DNA of 64,000 nucleotides, taken from assembly GCA_000092065.1 (NCBI GenBank), contig CP000591.1; one strand, given 5' to 3'. This DNA comes from Ostreococcus lucimarinus. Lineage: Eukaryota. A model generated the notes under the pieces. That model had not been told where the DNA came from. It searched no databases and saw nothing but the letters and a program-made list of their open reading frames with translations. Positions 8,804 through 18,481 of this stretch are shown here, in pieces. The translations under genes were made by a program, and so were the position numbers. Numbering within the stretch: the stretch's first letter is position 1; every line of letters starts with the position of its first letter.

Positions 8804-9366
8804 ATGTCGACGCGCGCGCCCGCGTTCGTCGCCGTCGTCGGCGCGGAGAGCGCGCCGGTGTTCGTCGCGTCGCTCGGCGCGCGCGAGGGCGCGAACGAAG
8901 CGTGCGTGACGCGCGCGAGCGCGGGATTTCGTCTCGACCGCGCGCGCGACGAGACGACGAGACGACGAGACGACGTCGACTGACGGCGAACTCGCGCGTT
9001 TCGTCGCGCAGCGCGCACGCGTCGCGCGCGCACGCCGCGCTGGACGCGATCGACGCGAAACTCGGCGCGATGACGACGGAGAGCGCGACGAGGTACTTGG
9101 GGGAGTGTCACCGCGCGCACGACGGCGTGTGCTACGGGTACGCGACGCGGTCGAGGGCGAGGATGGTGCTCGCGTACGAGGAAGACGCGAGCGAGGAGAC
9201 GGTGAGGAAGGATTTTGATTATTTAGCGACGGCGTACGCGGAGGCGGCGTGCGATGCGTTCGGGGAGATTGGGGGGAGGACGACGAGCGAGCGGTTTCGC
9301 GAGCGATGCGAAGCGTTGGGATCGGACGCGCGGCGGCGCGAGGAGGGGACGGGCGGTGGTGGGTGA
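8804..9366 (+). CDS. sedlin/TRAPPC2-family TRAPP subunit (2 exons: 8804..8901, 9012..9366)
   Basis: Exon 1 encodes MSTRAPAFVAVVGAESAPVFVASLGAREGANEA. Exon 2 encodes ...HAALDAIDAKL...YLGE...MVLAYE...FDYLATAYAEA... Joined, they give a protein of about 150 aa colinear with human TRAPPC2 (FVIVGHHDNPVFEMEF...HAALDLVDE...). No single ORF in the track covers it. Confidence 0.65.
8902..9011 (+). other. predicted spliceosomal intron (110 nt, phase 2)
   Basis: Donor GTGCGTGACG, branch-like GACTGACGG 29 nt upstream of the acceptor GCGCAG. Removing it joins two frames into one sedlin-like reading frame. Confidence 0.6.
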
Positions 9367-9520
9367 GCGTCGGCGCGACGCGCGTGGATTTCGCGTGATT
9401 TCGCGAATGGAGTGGTTTAGGAGTCAGCATGAAGACGGGGTTAGCGATTGTTTGACGCATGAGACCAGAGTTTAGTTTTGCGCAAGGGACGTTTTAGTGA
9501 GAAACCAAAGTTTAAAATGA

Positions 9521-9525
9521 TTACA
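9521..9525 (-). terminator. TGTAA candidate poly(A) signal (minus strand)
   Basis: TTACA on the plus strand, 43 nt after the LysRS stop. Confidence 0.35.
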
Positions 9526-9567
9526 TGTCGTAGCGCCGCTAAGAATATATATACTCTCGCGTATGAC

Positions 9568-11421
9568 TTACGAGTCTTGCTTCTTAAGAAGCGGGAACGC
9601 GATGACGTCGCGAATCGACGGCGAATTCGTGAGAAGCATGACGAGACGATCGACGCCGAGACCCATACCCGCGGTCGGGGGCATGCCGTACTCGAGCGCG
9701 GCGACGAAATCTTCATCCATTTCGACGTCGTACGCCTCGTCTTCGAGCGCTTTGAGTTCGTCTTTACCACTCGCCGCCGCCGCTTCGCGCTGCGCCGCGC
9801 TCGTTTTCGCGTGCGTCACCATCTGCGCCTCGAGGCGTTTACGTTGATCGATGGGATCGGTCAACTCGCTGAACGAGTTCGCGAGCTCGCGACCGACGAC
9901 GAAGAGCTCGAACCGTTCGGTGACTCCCGGTTTACTACGGTGCGGTTTCGCGAGAGGAGAAATCTCGAGCGGGTGGTCGAGAACGAACGTGGGCTGAATC
10001 AAATCGCTTTCGCACGCGGCTTCAAACATTTCGTTCAGCACGTGACCGACGCTCGCCGCCAACTTGACACCTTTGATGCCTTCCCCAGCTTTCTTAGAGT
10101 GCGCCTTGAGCGCGGGAATTGCCGCTGCCTTGGCTCCTTCCAAGTCATCCCCGAACGCCATGACGTCTACGCCCGTGGCTTCCTTGACTAGATCGTTCAT
10201 CGGCGCCCGGCGCCACGGGCGTTGGCTCAAATCAATCGTCACGTCGCCGTAAGGAATCGTCAGCGTCCCGCACGCCTTCATCGCGCATCGACAAATCATC
10301 TCTTCCGTGAGCTCCAACATGTCCGTGACGTCGGCGTACGCCTGATACACTTCTATGGACGTAAACTCCGGGTTGTGTCGCGTGCTCAAGCCTTCGTTGC
10401 GAAACACGCGTCCGAGCTCGTACACGCGTTCGAAACCGCCGACGACGAGTCGCTTGAGATGCAACTCGGTGGCGATACGAAGCGTGAGCTGCATGCCGAG
10501 CGCGTTGTGGAAGGTGTTGAAGGGCTTCGCGTCCGCGCCGCCCGCTTGCGTGTGCAGCACGGGCGTCTCCATCTCCAAAAACCCGTCGTCGTCGAGCATT
10601 CGACGAATGGTGGAGATGATGTTCGAGCGCGCCTTGAACGTGTTTCGCACCTCGGGCGACACGATCAAGTCCACGTATCGCTGCCGGTATCGCTTCTCCA
10701 CGTCCTGCAATCCGTGCCACTTATCCGGCAACGGCAGCAGCGCCTTTGTCAACATTTGCACCTTGGCCGGCACGATGGACAGCTCCCCCTTATCGCTCCT
10801 TTTCACGCTCCCGTGCACGCCGATGATGTCCCCGACGTCCACGAGTTCCGTGATCATCTCAAACGCCCCCGGGCTCGTCTCATCCAACCGTTTCTTATCG
10901 CAAAACAACTGCACGCTTCCCCGTTCGTCCACCAGCGACAAAAACGCCAACTTCCCGAACGACCGCTTCGCCATCACCCTTCCGCACACCGCCTCGCTCG
11001 AGCCCTCGATCTCGACCCCGTTCTCCAATCCTTCGTGTTCCCTCTGCAGCGCATCGCAATATTTCGTGCGATCGAACCGGTAATCGAATCCCCGCTGTCC
11101 GAGCGCGCCGAGCGCGTCCAGCTTTTGCGCGCGCAGCGCCTTGACCTCCTCGGGCGAGCTCGTCACCCCGCTCGCGTCTCGTCCGCCGCCCTCGCCGCGC
11201 TTTCGATTCCCCGCGCCGCCGTCGCGCTTTTTATTCGTTCCCGCGTCGCTCGCGCGCGCGCGCGTCCTCGTCGTCGCGCCTCGTCGTCGCGTCGTCGCCG
11301 CCGTCGCCGTCGCGCGCGCGCTCTCGCGCTCGCTCGCGCGCGTCGACGCCCGCGGGCGCGCCGCGAGCGACGCGCGCGGCGTCGAGACCGTCCTTCGCGC
11401 GAACGCGCGCGCGAGCAGCAT
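9568..11421 (-). CDS. lysyl-tRNA synthetase (class II), organelle-type N-terminal extension
   Basis: Motifs: [53 protein letters not shown] and [14 protein letters not shown]. The N-terminus is Arg/Ala/Thr-rich. Confidence 0.9.
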   Translation of the reverse strand: MLLARAFARRTVSTPRASLAARPRASTRASERESARATATAATTRRRGATTRTRARASDAGTNKKRDGGAGNRKRGEGGGRDASGVTSSPEEVKALRAQKLDALGALGQRGFDYRFDRTKYCDALQREHEGLENGVEIEGSSEAVCGRVMAKRSFGKLAFLSLVDERGSVQLFCDKKRLDETSPGAFEMITELVDVGDIIGVHGSVKRSDKGELSIVPAKVQMLTKALLPLPDKWHGLQDVEKRYRQRYVDLIVSPEVRNTFKARSNIISTIRRMLDDDGFLEMETPVLHTQAGGADAKPFNTFHNALGMQLTLRIATELHLKRLVVGGFERVYELGRVFRNEGLSTRHNPEFTSIEVYQAYADVTDMLELTEEMICRCAMKACGTLTIPYGDVTIDLSQRPWRRAPMNDLVKEATGVDVMAFGDDLEGAKAAAIPALKAHSKKAGEGIKGVKLAASVGHVLNEMFEAACESDLIQPTFVLDHPLEISPLAKPHRSKPGVTERFELFVVGRELANSFSELTDPIDQRKRLEAQMVTHAKTSAAQREAAAASGKDELKALEDEAYDVEMDEDFVAALEYGMPPTAGMGLGVDRLVMLLTNSPSIRDVIAFPLLKKQDS

Positions 11422-11551
11422 GCTCCGCGTCGCGCTCTGCGCGCGGCGCCGCGACGGATTCGCGCGCGCTCGACTCGAGGTTTTCGGTGCGACGAATCGT
11501 CACACCGCGACGCGCGCGCGTCGCGAAAGCGCGCGCGAATCCGTCGAAACG

Positions 11552-12199
11552 ATGGCGCTCGTCACGCTGTCGGTGTACGACATCAAGCACGCGGAGAACG
11601 CGCGGATATCGAGCGCGGTGACGTCGCTGAACACGCTGACGAGAAACGCGCTCAACGTCGGTGGCATCTTCCACGGCGGCGTCGAGGTGTTCGGCGACGA
11701 GTGGAGCTTTGGGTACTGCCCGGAGGGCTCGGGCGTGTATCGATGCAACCCGCGGATGAATCCGATGTACGAATACCGCGAGTCGGTGCCGCTGGGGGTG
11801 ACGTCGCTGTCGCCGGCGCGCGCGAGCGCGGCGGTGGCGGCGCTGCGCGCGCAATGGCGAGGGAGCGATTACGAGGTGCTGGAGAGGAATTGTAATCACT
11901 TTTGTGAGGCGCTGTGCGAGGCGCTCGGGTGCGAGGGACCGCCGGAGTGGCTGAACGCGTTCGCGAATAACGCGAACAAGGCGCGAGGGGCGTACCAGAG
12001 CGCGGTGAGCGGGGTGGAGAGCGCGTACGAGAGCGCGGTGAGCGGCGTCGCGGGCGCGTGGGCGTGGCTCGCGAGCGGCGGGGGGACGTCGGCGTCGAGT
12101 TACGCGAGCGCGTTGGAGAGCGAGGGCGAGCGCGAGGGCGGCGTGGTGGACGGGCCGCGCGCGGACGACGACGACGCGCGGCGCGGCGCGCGAGAGTAG
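11552..12199 (+). CDS. PPPDE/DeSI-family cysteine isopeptidase (DUF862)
   Basis: In-frame ATG at 11552 of ORF 11141..12199. Sequence: VYDI...GIFHGGVEVFGDEWSFGYC (catalytic His region) and LERNCNHFCEALCEALG (catalytic Cys). Confidence 0.8.
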   Translation: MALVTLSVYDIKHAENARISSAVTSLNTLTRNALNVGGIFHGGVEVFGDEWSFGYCPEGSGVYRCNPRMNPMYEYRESVPLGVTSLSPARASAAVAALRAQWRGSDYEVLERNCNHFCEALCEALGCEGPPEWLNAFANNANKARGAYQSAVSGVESAYESAVSGVAGAWAWLASGGGTSASSYASALESEGEREGGVVDGPRADDDDARRGARE

Positions 12200-12378
12200 C
12201 GCGTCGCGGTCGTCGTCGATGCGTTCGAGCGCGTTCGAGCGCGACGCGGATGAAACATCGCGGTGGATGTATTTCTTGGTCGTCTCTTTCGCTCGCGCGT
12301 CGTCGGCAGTAGTCAGGGTTGAAGCGCTGTTATAGATAGATTTGGTAGTTCGGCGTCCCGCACAACGCGCCTCGCGTC

Positions 12379-13476
12379 ATGCTTTCGCGCGGTCTCGTCT
12401 CGACGTCTCGAGCGTCTGTCGCCCGCGCGCGCGCGCCTGCGAGACAACAGCGCGCGACGACGTCGCGCCGCGCGTCGATCGTCCGTCGAACCGCCGCGCG
12501 CGCGACGAACGACGACGATAAAGCGTCGTCTTCTCAAGATGTCCCGGACGACGAACCGACGCCCGCGGTCGGCGACACGGACGTCAACAGCGCGCTAGGC
12601 GACGTCATCAGCTCGCCGTTGTTTTACGTCACGTTCGGCGTCGCCGGCGGCGTCGGACTGGTGCGCGCGCTCGGGGAGAACGCGAGCTTTCTGCTGAGCG
12701 CGGCGCCGGTGGTCTTGCTCACGGTGATTTCGAAGACGTCGTTCGGCGAGTCGCTGATGAAGAATATCGACGACCAACGACCGGCGTTGGTGGCGGAGAA
12801 GGCGCGAAGGGAAAACGAACGCGCGCGAGCGCGGGAGAGAAGTTCGCTGTACGGCGCGCGGCGAGTGAAATTTTTGGGAGACGCGGAGTACGAGTATCCG
12901 GCGCACTTGGACGGCTCGCTGTGCGGCGACGCGGGATTCGATCCGCTCGGGCTCGGGAAAGATGATTTGCCGCGCATGCGCGAATTAGAACTCTTGCACG
13001 CGCGTTGGGCGATGTTGGGAATCGTTGGTGTGGCGGTGCCAGAGCTTTTAGAGCGCTACGGCGTGGCAGATTTGGGCGAGCCGGTGTGGTGGAAAGTCGG
13101 CGCGGCGAAGATGAATAGCGACGTCTCGCTCGATTACTTTGGCTTGCAAGGTTTTCATATCGCCGGCGGATCGGGGATAGCCATCATCGCGGCGTGCCAG
13201 GTTGTGTTGATGGGCGGTCCAGAGTACGCGCGGTACGTCGGGATCGACTCGCTCGAGCCGGTGGGCGTTTACCTCCCGGGCGACAAAGATTATCCTGGCG
13301 GCGCGCCGTTTGATCCGTTCAAGATTTCCGACGACGCCGACGAGTTCGAAAAACAAAAGGTCATGGAGATTAAGCACGGACGCTTAGCCATGATCGCCAT
13401 GCTCGGAGTCGCCGCGCAAGCATTCGTCACGCGCGCGGGGCCGATCGAAAACTTAGCGAGTGTGTTTAGCGGTTGA
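12379..13476 (+). CDS. chlorophyll a/b-binding (LHC superfamily) protein with long N-terminal extension
   Basis: Helix 1 is GFDPLGLGKDD...ELELLHARWAMLGIVG and helix 3 is KVMEIKHGRLAMIAMLGVAAQAFVT. The ~175-aa N-terminal extension has two extra hydrophobic segments. Confidence 0.8.
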   Translation: MLSRGLVSTSRASVARARAPARQQRATTSRRASIVRRTAARATNDDDKASSSQDVPDDEPTPAVGDTDVNSALGDVISSPLFYVTFGVAGGVGLVRALGENASFLLSAAPVVLLTVISKTSFGESLMKNIDDQRPALVAEKARRENERARARERSSLYGARRVKFLGDAEYEYPAHLDGSLCGDAGFDPLGLGKDDLPRMRELELLHARWAMLGIVGVAVPELLERYGVADLGEPVWWKVGAAKMNSDVSLDYFGLQGFHIAGGSGIAIIAACQVVLMGGPEYARYVGIDSLEPVGVYLPGDKDYPGGAPFDPFKISDDADEFEKQKVMEIKHGRLAMIAMLGVAAQAFVTRAGPIENLASVFSG

Positions 13477-13517
13477 AAATTGATTCTTGATTAAAAAGAC
13501 GAGAACGCGCGTTTCGG

Positions 13518-15146
13518 TTACACGCTCTCGACACCGAACGGCTCGTTCGCATCCGGTGCGGGGGGCTCATCGAACGCCGGCACCTCGGGCATCGCTTCGG
13601 GCGCCGGTATTTCTTCATCGGGCTCGTCCGCCTTGACTTTGACGTCCTCGTAACCCAAGTCAATCTTGCTGAACATGCCTCCGAAAATCTTCGCGTCCTT
13701 CTTCGCCTGATGCGCCTCGAGCGCTTTCAAGCGCGTCAACATTCGCGTGGCCTCGGCGTGCGATTCATCTGCTTCCAATATTTTCTTCAACGAACGACGT
13801 GATTCGTCGTACTCTTGTAACTCCATCGCCGCTTGCGCGAAGCGATAGAGCGCTTTTTCGTTCGACCCTTCAATCGCGAGCGCCTTTTCGCTTGACTTGC
13901 GAGCGCTCATCCACGACTTGGTTTTGATGGCCACCGCCGCGGAGTTCAAATTCAAGCTGAGCTTGAGCTTCTTGCTCGCTTGCTTCTCCTCATCAGAGAA
14001 CGACTCGTCCATTTCGACGAACTTCAACGCCGCGTCGTACTTCTTCGTAGCGCGCGCAAACTTACCACCCTTGTACGCGTCGTTCCCGCTCGTCTTGTAT
14101 TTTTCCGCCGCCTCAATCTTTTCCGCGTTGTTCATCGACCATTGCTCCTTGGCGCGCTCGAGTTTGGTCATTTTGACCGTGTACTCGGTCCCATCCGCCA
14201 GCTTCACCAGCGCCTTTTCGTTCAGCTTCATCATCGCGATCGCGCTCTCGAGCTCATCCGGGACGTGCTCGTCGCCGACGACGATTTCGTGCGCCGGCTT
14301 GGTCTCCGTCGTCGCGCCGCCGACGCGCTTTTCGTACTCAATCTCGCACTTCGCCCCATCGTTCGGCGTCTCGTACCCTTCACCTTCCTCCAAAATCTTT
14401 TTCGTCGCCCCCTCGACGCCGTTCACGGCGACCACCGCGTGAATCGCGTCGAGCATCAACTCCACCACCGCGCCGTCCTTCGCCGTCGTCAACCCCTCGG
14501 CGTACGCTTCGCTCAGCGTCACCCGCGCCGTCTCCCCCCGCTTCATCTTCAGCAGCGCCGCGCGCACGCCCTCGCACGGCGCGTCTCCATTCGCCGCCAA
14601 CGAAAACGTCCGCGTCGTCTTCGCCACGAGCGTCTCGTCTCCCGTCCTCGTCTTCGCCTCCATCGTCGCCGTCGCCTCGTCCTCCGCGCTCGGGCTCGCG
14701 TATCCCTCGCCCTCTCTCACCGTCTCCTTCATCACCCCCCCATCGCCGCACAGATCCCTGTGCGACTTGAACGACAGCAATTCCACGTCAAATATCAGCG
14801 TCGCGCCGCCGGGAATCTTCGGCGGCGCCCCTCGATCGCCGTACGCGTACTCCGGCGCGCACGTCAGCGTCGCCCGTTCGCCGACGCGCATCGTCGCCAC
14901 GCCGACGTCCCACGCGTCGATCACCTCGTGTTTTCCCAGCGTGAACGTGAACGCCTCGTCGCGCTCGCGCGAGGAATCGAACGTCTCGCCCGTCGCGAGC
15001 GAGCCGACGTAGTGCACGGTGACGGCGTCGCCCTTTTCGGGCGCGCGCGCGTCGGGCGGCGCGGGCGTCGCGATGCGTTTCGTGACGCCGCCGTCGCCGA
15101 CGGGCGAGACGTCGACGGCGTCGACGGCGTCGTCGGCGGTCGTCAT
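13518..15146 (-). CDS. multi-domain FKBP-type peptidyl-prolyl isomerase with TPR domain (FKBP62/52-like)
   Basis: FKBP domain 1 is GDAVTVHYVGSL..GETFDSS...FTLGKHEVIDAWDVGVATMRVGERATL...YAYGDRGAPPKIPGGATLIFDVELLSF. Further FKBP-like repeats follow, then TPR (KYKTSGNDAYKGGKFARATKKYDAAL...). Confidence 0.9.
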   Translation of the reverse strand: MTTADDAVDAVDVSPVGDGGVTKRIATPAPPDARAPEKGDAVTVHYVGSLATGETFDSSRERDEAFTFTLGKHEVIDAWDVGVATMRVGERATLTCAPEYAYGDRGAPPKIPGGATLIFDVELLSFKSHRDLCGDGGVMKETVREGEGYASPSAEDEATATMEAKTRTGDETLVAKTTRTFSLAANGDAPCEGVRAALLKMKRGETARVTLSEAYAEGLTTAKDGAVVELMLDAIHAVVAVNGVEGATKKILEEGEGYETPNDGAKCEIEYEKRVGGATTETKPAHEIVVGDEHVPDELESAIAMMKLNEKALVKLADGTEYTVKMTKLERAKEQWSMNNAEKIEAAEKYKTSGNDAYKGGKFARATKKYDAALKFVEMDESFSDEEKQASKKLKLSLNLNSAAVAIKTKSWMSARKSSEKALAIEGSNEKALYRFAQAAMELQEYDESRRSLKKILEADESHAEATRMLTRLKALEAHQAKKDAKIFGGMFSKIDLGYEDVKVKADEPDEEIPAPEAMPEVPAFDEPPAPDANEPFGVESV

Positions 15147-15277
15147 GTCGCGCGGCGTCGCGCGTTCGATCGAGTCGCGGGCGCGGGCGGGCGCGATCGC
15201 GCGTCGCGGTGTGCGGGGACGCGCGTCGGTCGATGTGATTAATCTTCTAGAAACATCCGCCGCGTCGGCGCGGCGGA

Positions 15278-17095
15278 TTAATTCGGGTCGTCGTCGTCGG
15301 CGGAGGGCGGTGATTCGGCGCGCGCGAGCTCGATGGCGTCCATGTCTTCGCTGACTCGGCGCAGGGCGGCGCGCATGCGCTCGGCGTAGGAGACGCCGGA
15401 ATCGTCGTCGGCGGCGTCGTCGTCGGCGGCGTCGTCGGCGGCGAAATCGTTCACGGCGAGCAAGACCTCGTCCACGGCGGTGGATTCGTCGATGTCTTTC
15501 ACGCGCTTGACCTTTCGAACGACGTCTTGGAATAAGACGTTGACGTCGCGCGATATCGATGGGTCGCGCCGCATGGCGTCGACGACGTCGCGACCCATGC
15601 GTCGCTTTTTCCTCGCCAACATGTTTTTAAACGCGGCGGCTTGCGCCCTGCGAACGGTGTCCGGATCGGGCGGGCCGGCGCCGCGCGCGGGCGCGGCGTC
15701 GCCGAGCGCGCGCTCGATGAAACGCGTCATCGTGTTCCGTTGATGGATGATGTACATGGCGTCCGCGACGTAGCCGCCGACGATCGGGGCGAACACGCCT
15801 CCGGTGACGACGAAGGCGAGCGATTGCGAGACGAAGAGCAATCGACTGCGGCTGCCGTCCAAAAAATCTTTCACGCTCTTTCCGCGCAGGATGTTTTCGA
15901 ACGCGCGCGTCTCCGCGACGTTCGGCGCTTCGTTTGCGGACAGCGGCGACGACGACTCGTCGTCCGCGGCGGCGTCGGGCTTCTTCTCCCAAAACTTGAG
16001 CGACGGTTTCTTCGTCTTTTCGGCGCTCGCCTTGATGTCGTCCTCGCTCACCGGCACCAACTTTTGTTTGCCCGTCACCTTGTTCCGCTCCACTCTGAAC
16101 GCCTGCACGCGCGTTTGTCTCTGCACGCGTCGCAAACGCGCCTCGAGGACGAGGTACACGCCGAACGCCGCCGCCGCCTTGGCCGGGGCGTCGACTTCGT
16201 ACGGCTCGAACCCCGCCTCGACGGCGCGGTCGGCGAGCCACTTGGCGAGCAAACCCAAAACCACTCCGCGCTCGAGCATCTCGTCCGCGACTCGCGCGGT
16301 GAGCGCGACGGACGCGTCCATCCAAAACGGCATGCTTCTGCACGGATTATTCAGCGTCTCCTCTTCCTGATACCTCGACAGCGGCTCAAAGTACCGCTCG
16401 AGCGCCGACGCCTCGCGAACCTCCCCCGACGCCTCCTCGCGCGCCTCGTTCGTCGCCTCCGCGCGCGCGGTCCAATCGACCCCCATCACCAACGCGTCGT
16501 AAATCGCCGTCGGCGCCGCGAACGCCAATCCGATCGACGCCGCGCGCGCGAAATCCATCGCCTCGCCCCCCGTCCCGGCGCCGAAATCGCCAAACGCGCT
16601 CGCGCCCGCGGCGTACGCCAAGCACACCGCCAGCGTCCCTTTCACCCCTCCCACGGCCACCAACAGCGACAGATACTCTCGCATCATCGCCTTCTCCGGC
16701 GTTTCCGACGACGACGCGTCCGCGCCGTCGGCATCCGATTCGCGCGGCGTCTCGCCGCGTCCCGACGCCGCCGTCGAATCCCCGCGCGCGCGCGTCGTCG
16801 ACCTTCGCGCCGCCGACGCCCGGTCCATCGCCTCGGTCGCGCCCGCGCTCGACGCGCGCGCGTCCTCGTCGCCCTCCGTCGCGTCGTCGTCGTCCAGCGA
16901 CTCGCCGAGGACGCTGCGCAGCGCGTCGAACGTCCCGCTCGGCGACGCCGACGCGAGCGACTCGTCCTCGTCGTCCTCGCGCGTCGCGCGCGCGCGCCGG
17001 TTCGCGACGCCGCGCGCGCGGCGCGCTCGACGCCGGCGCGCGCTCGGGCGTCGCGCGAGCGCGCGCGCGGGCGCGCGCGTCGCGCGCGGCGCCAT
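15278..17095 (-). CDS. hypothetical multi-pass membrane protein with presequence-like N-terminus
   Basis: In-frame ATG at 17095 of ORF 15278..18004; the upstream part of that ORF is antisense to the neighbouring gene. There are several hydrophobic helices (LSLLVAVGGVKGTLAVCLAYAAGA, LLFVSQSLAFVVTGGVFAPIVGGYV). DEMLERG weakly resembles the CPBP EExxxR motif, but I do not assign it to that family. Confidence 0.5.
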   Translation of the reverse strand: MAPRATRAPARALARRPSARRRRARRARGVANRRARATREDDEDESLASASPSGTFDALRSVLGESLDDDDATEGDEDARASSAGATEAMDRASAARRSTTRARGDSTAASGRGETPRESDADGADASSSETPEKAMMREYLSLLVAVGGVKGTLAVCLAYAAGASAFGDFGAGTGGEAMDFARAASIGLAFAAPTAIYDALVMGVDWTARAEATNEAREEASGEVREASALERYFEPLSRYQEEETLNNPCRSMPFWMDASVALTARVADEMLERGVVLGLLAKWLADRAVEAGFEPYEVDAPAKAAAAFGVYLVLEARLRRVQRQTRVQAFRVERNKVTGKQKLVPVSEDDIKASAEKTKKPSLKFWEKKPDAAADDESSSPLSANEAPNVAETRAFENILRGKSVKDFLDGSRSRLLFVSQSLAFVVTGGVFAPIVGGYVADAMYIIHQRNTMTRFIERALGDAAPARGAGPPDPDTVRRAQAAAFKNMLARKKRRMGRDVVDAMRRDPSISRDVNVLFQDVVRKVKRVKDIDESTAVDEVLLAVNDFAADDAADDDAADDDSGVSYAERMRAALRRVSEDMDAIELARAESPPSADDDDPN

Positions 17096-17119
17096 GATGT
17101 GACACCGCGACGCGGCAGC

Positions 17120-18328
17120 ATGGCGCCGACGCCGCGCGCGGGCGAGCGCGACGGCGCCGACGCGGCGCGCGACGACACCGCGCGCGCGCCGGCGCGCGAG
17201 AGGGAGACGGCGAAGCCGGCGCCGCGCGAGGAGGGCGCGAACGATGGCGTCGGTGCGATGCGCGAATTCAACGACGACGACGAGGACGCGACGACGACGG
17301 CGACGGCGGCGACGCGCGACGCGATCGAGCGCGAAACGACGGCGTCGACGACGCCGGTGACGCCGGAGACGCGCCTGCTGGGCGAACGCCTGGACGCGCT
17401 GGACGAAGAGGCGGAGCTGACGGTGGAGTCGTTTCTGAGGGCGAAGTTCGACGCGGCGACGACGACGACGACGGATTTCGAGAGCGCGTCCGGACGGTCG
17501 GAGAGCGATGCGGGCGGAAGAGGCGAACGCGTGGACGACGCGGAGACGCTGTACGCGCGAGATACGGATTTGGAGGAGGCGGAGGAGGTGGACCCGCGCG
17601 TGGGCGACGCGCTGGACGAGTTGAACGATTCCATGACGGAGTGCAACGGGTTGGAAAACGCGCTGCAAGAGGCGAGGAAGGCGCGCTCGAGGACGCAAAC
17701 GGTGGCGAGAAAGAGACTGGATTCGGTGGCGGCGAGGTTGTCGTCGAGCGTCATGACGGCGGTGCCTGTGTTTCACAAGCGAGCGTTGGCGCAGCTGTAT
17801 CAGGTGCGAAGCATCGAGGCGCTGCGGGCGTACGAGAGCGCGCACGACGCGCACGAACGCGCGAAGAAGCGGAACGATGAGCTCGAGCGCGAGCTCGTGG
17901 CGAGTAGCGGTAAAGTAGACATCGAGCTCATGGAGGTGTGCGCGGAGGCCATGCGCGAGGTTTCTGAGACGACGGCGGTGAAGCTCCGAGCGACCGAGGT
18001 GCACGAGCGCAACACGCGACGCGCCGTCGAGGCCACCGCCGAAGCGGCCGGTCTCGAGCGCGAGCGCACGAGCGCGGTGAAAAAGGCTCTCCCGTGGTTC
18101 AACGCTAAAGCTTTGGGCGAGGCGGAGTGCGCGCAGGCGGACGAACGCGTGAGCGAATTAAAACTCGCCGTTCGCCAAGCCAAGGCGAGATACGAAGCCG
18201 CGCTCCGCGCGTTGAACGAAATCAGCGAGGAAGTGCACGCCCGTCGCGAGGCGCGCAAGCTCGCGCGCGAGGCTTCAGCTCTAGATATCAGCGCCGTTCC
18301 CGAGATCGAACGGGAGGAAGGCGTGTAA
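17120..18328 (+). CDS. SH3BP5-like coiled-coil protein (Rab11-GEF family)
   Basis: In-frame ATG at 17120 of ORF 15641..18328. The SH3BP5-type pattern is GDALDELNDSMTECNGLENALQEARKARSRTQTVARKRLDSVAARL...VFHKRALAQLYQVRSIEALRAYESAHDAHERAKKRNDELEREL. Confidence 0.7.
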   Translation: MAPTPRAGERDGADAARDDTARAPARERETAKPAPREEGANDGVGAMREFNDDDEDATTTATAATRDAIERETTASTTPVTPETRLLGERLDALDEEAELTVESFLRAKFDAATTTTTDFESASGRSESDAGGRGERVDDAETLYARDTDLEEAEEVDPRVGDALDELNDSMTECNGLENALQEARKARSRTQTVARKRLDSVAARLSSSVMTAVPVFHKRALAQLYQVRSIEALRAYESAHDAHERAKKRNDELERELVASSGKVDIELMEVCAEAMREVSETTAVKLRATEVHERNTRRAVEATAEAAGLERERTSAVKKALPWFNAKALGEAECAQADERVSELKLAVRQAKARYEAALRALNEISEEVHARREARKLAREASALDISAVPEIEREEGV

Positions 18329-18481
18329 ATTATTGTAGATAATCGTAGTTGCGAGTTGCGCGCCGAAAACCGTCGCGGAAAACCTGCTCGAGGTCAATGC
18401 GGCGATTTCCCGCACACGTCGTCGGCGCACGCGCGCGCGCGTCCGACACCGCTCGGACGCACGCCGGGCGTTCGAGCAAAC

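Noticed and set aside
18406-18413. Single TTTCCCGC (E2F consensus) 69 nt upstream of the DUF21/CBS gene ATG.
   Set aside because: An isolated degenerate 8-mer cannot be distinguished from chance in 64 kb of this composition. Unlike the 31636 and 31704 sites, it is neither palindromic nor duplicated.
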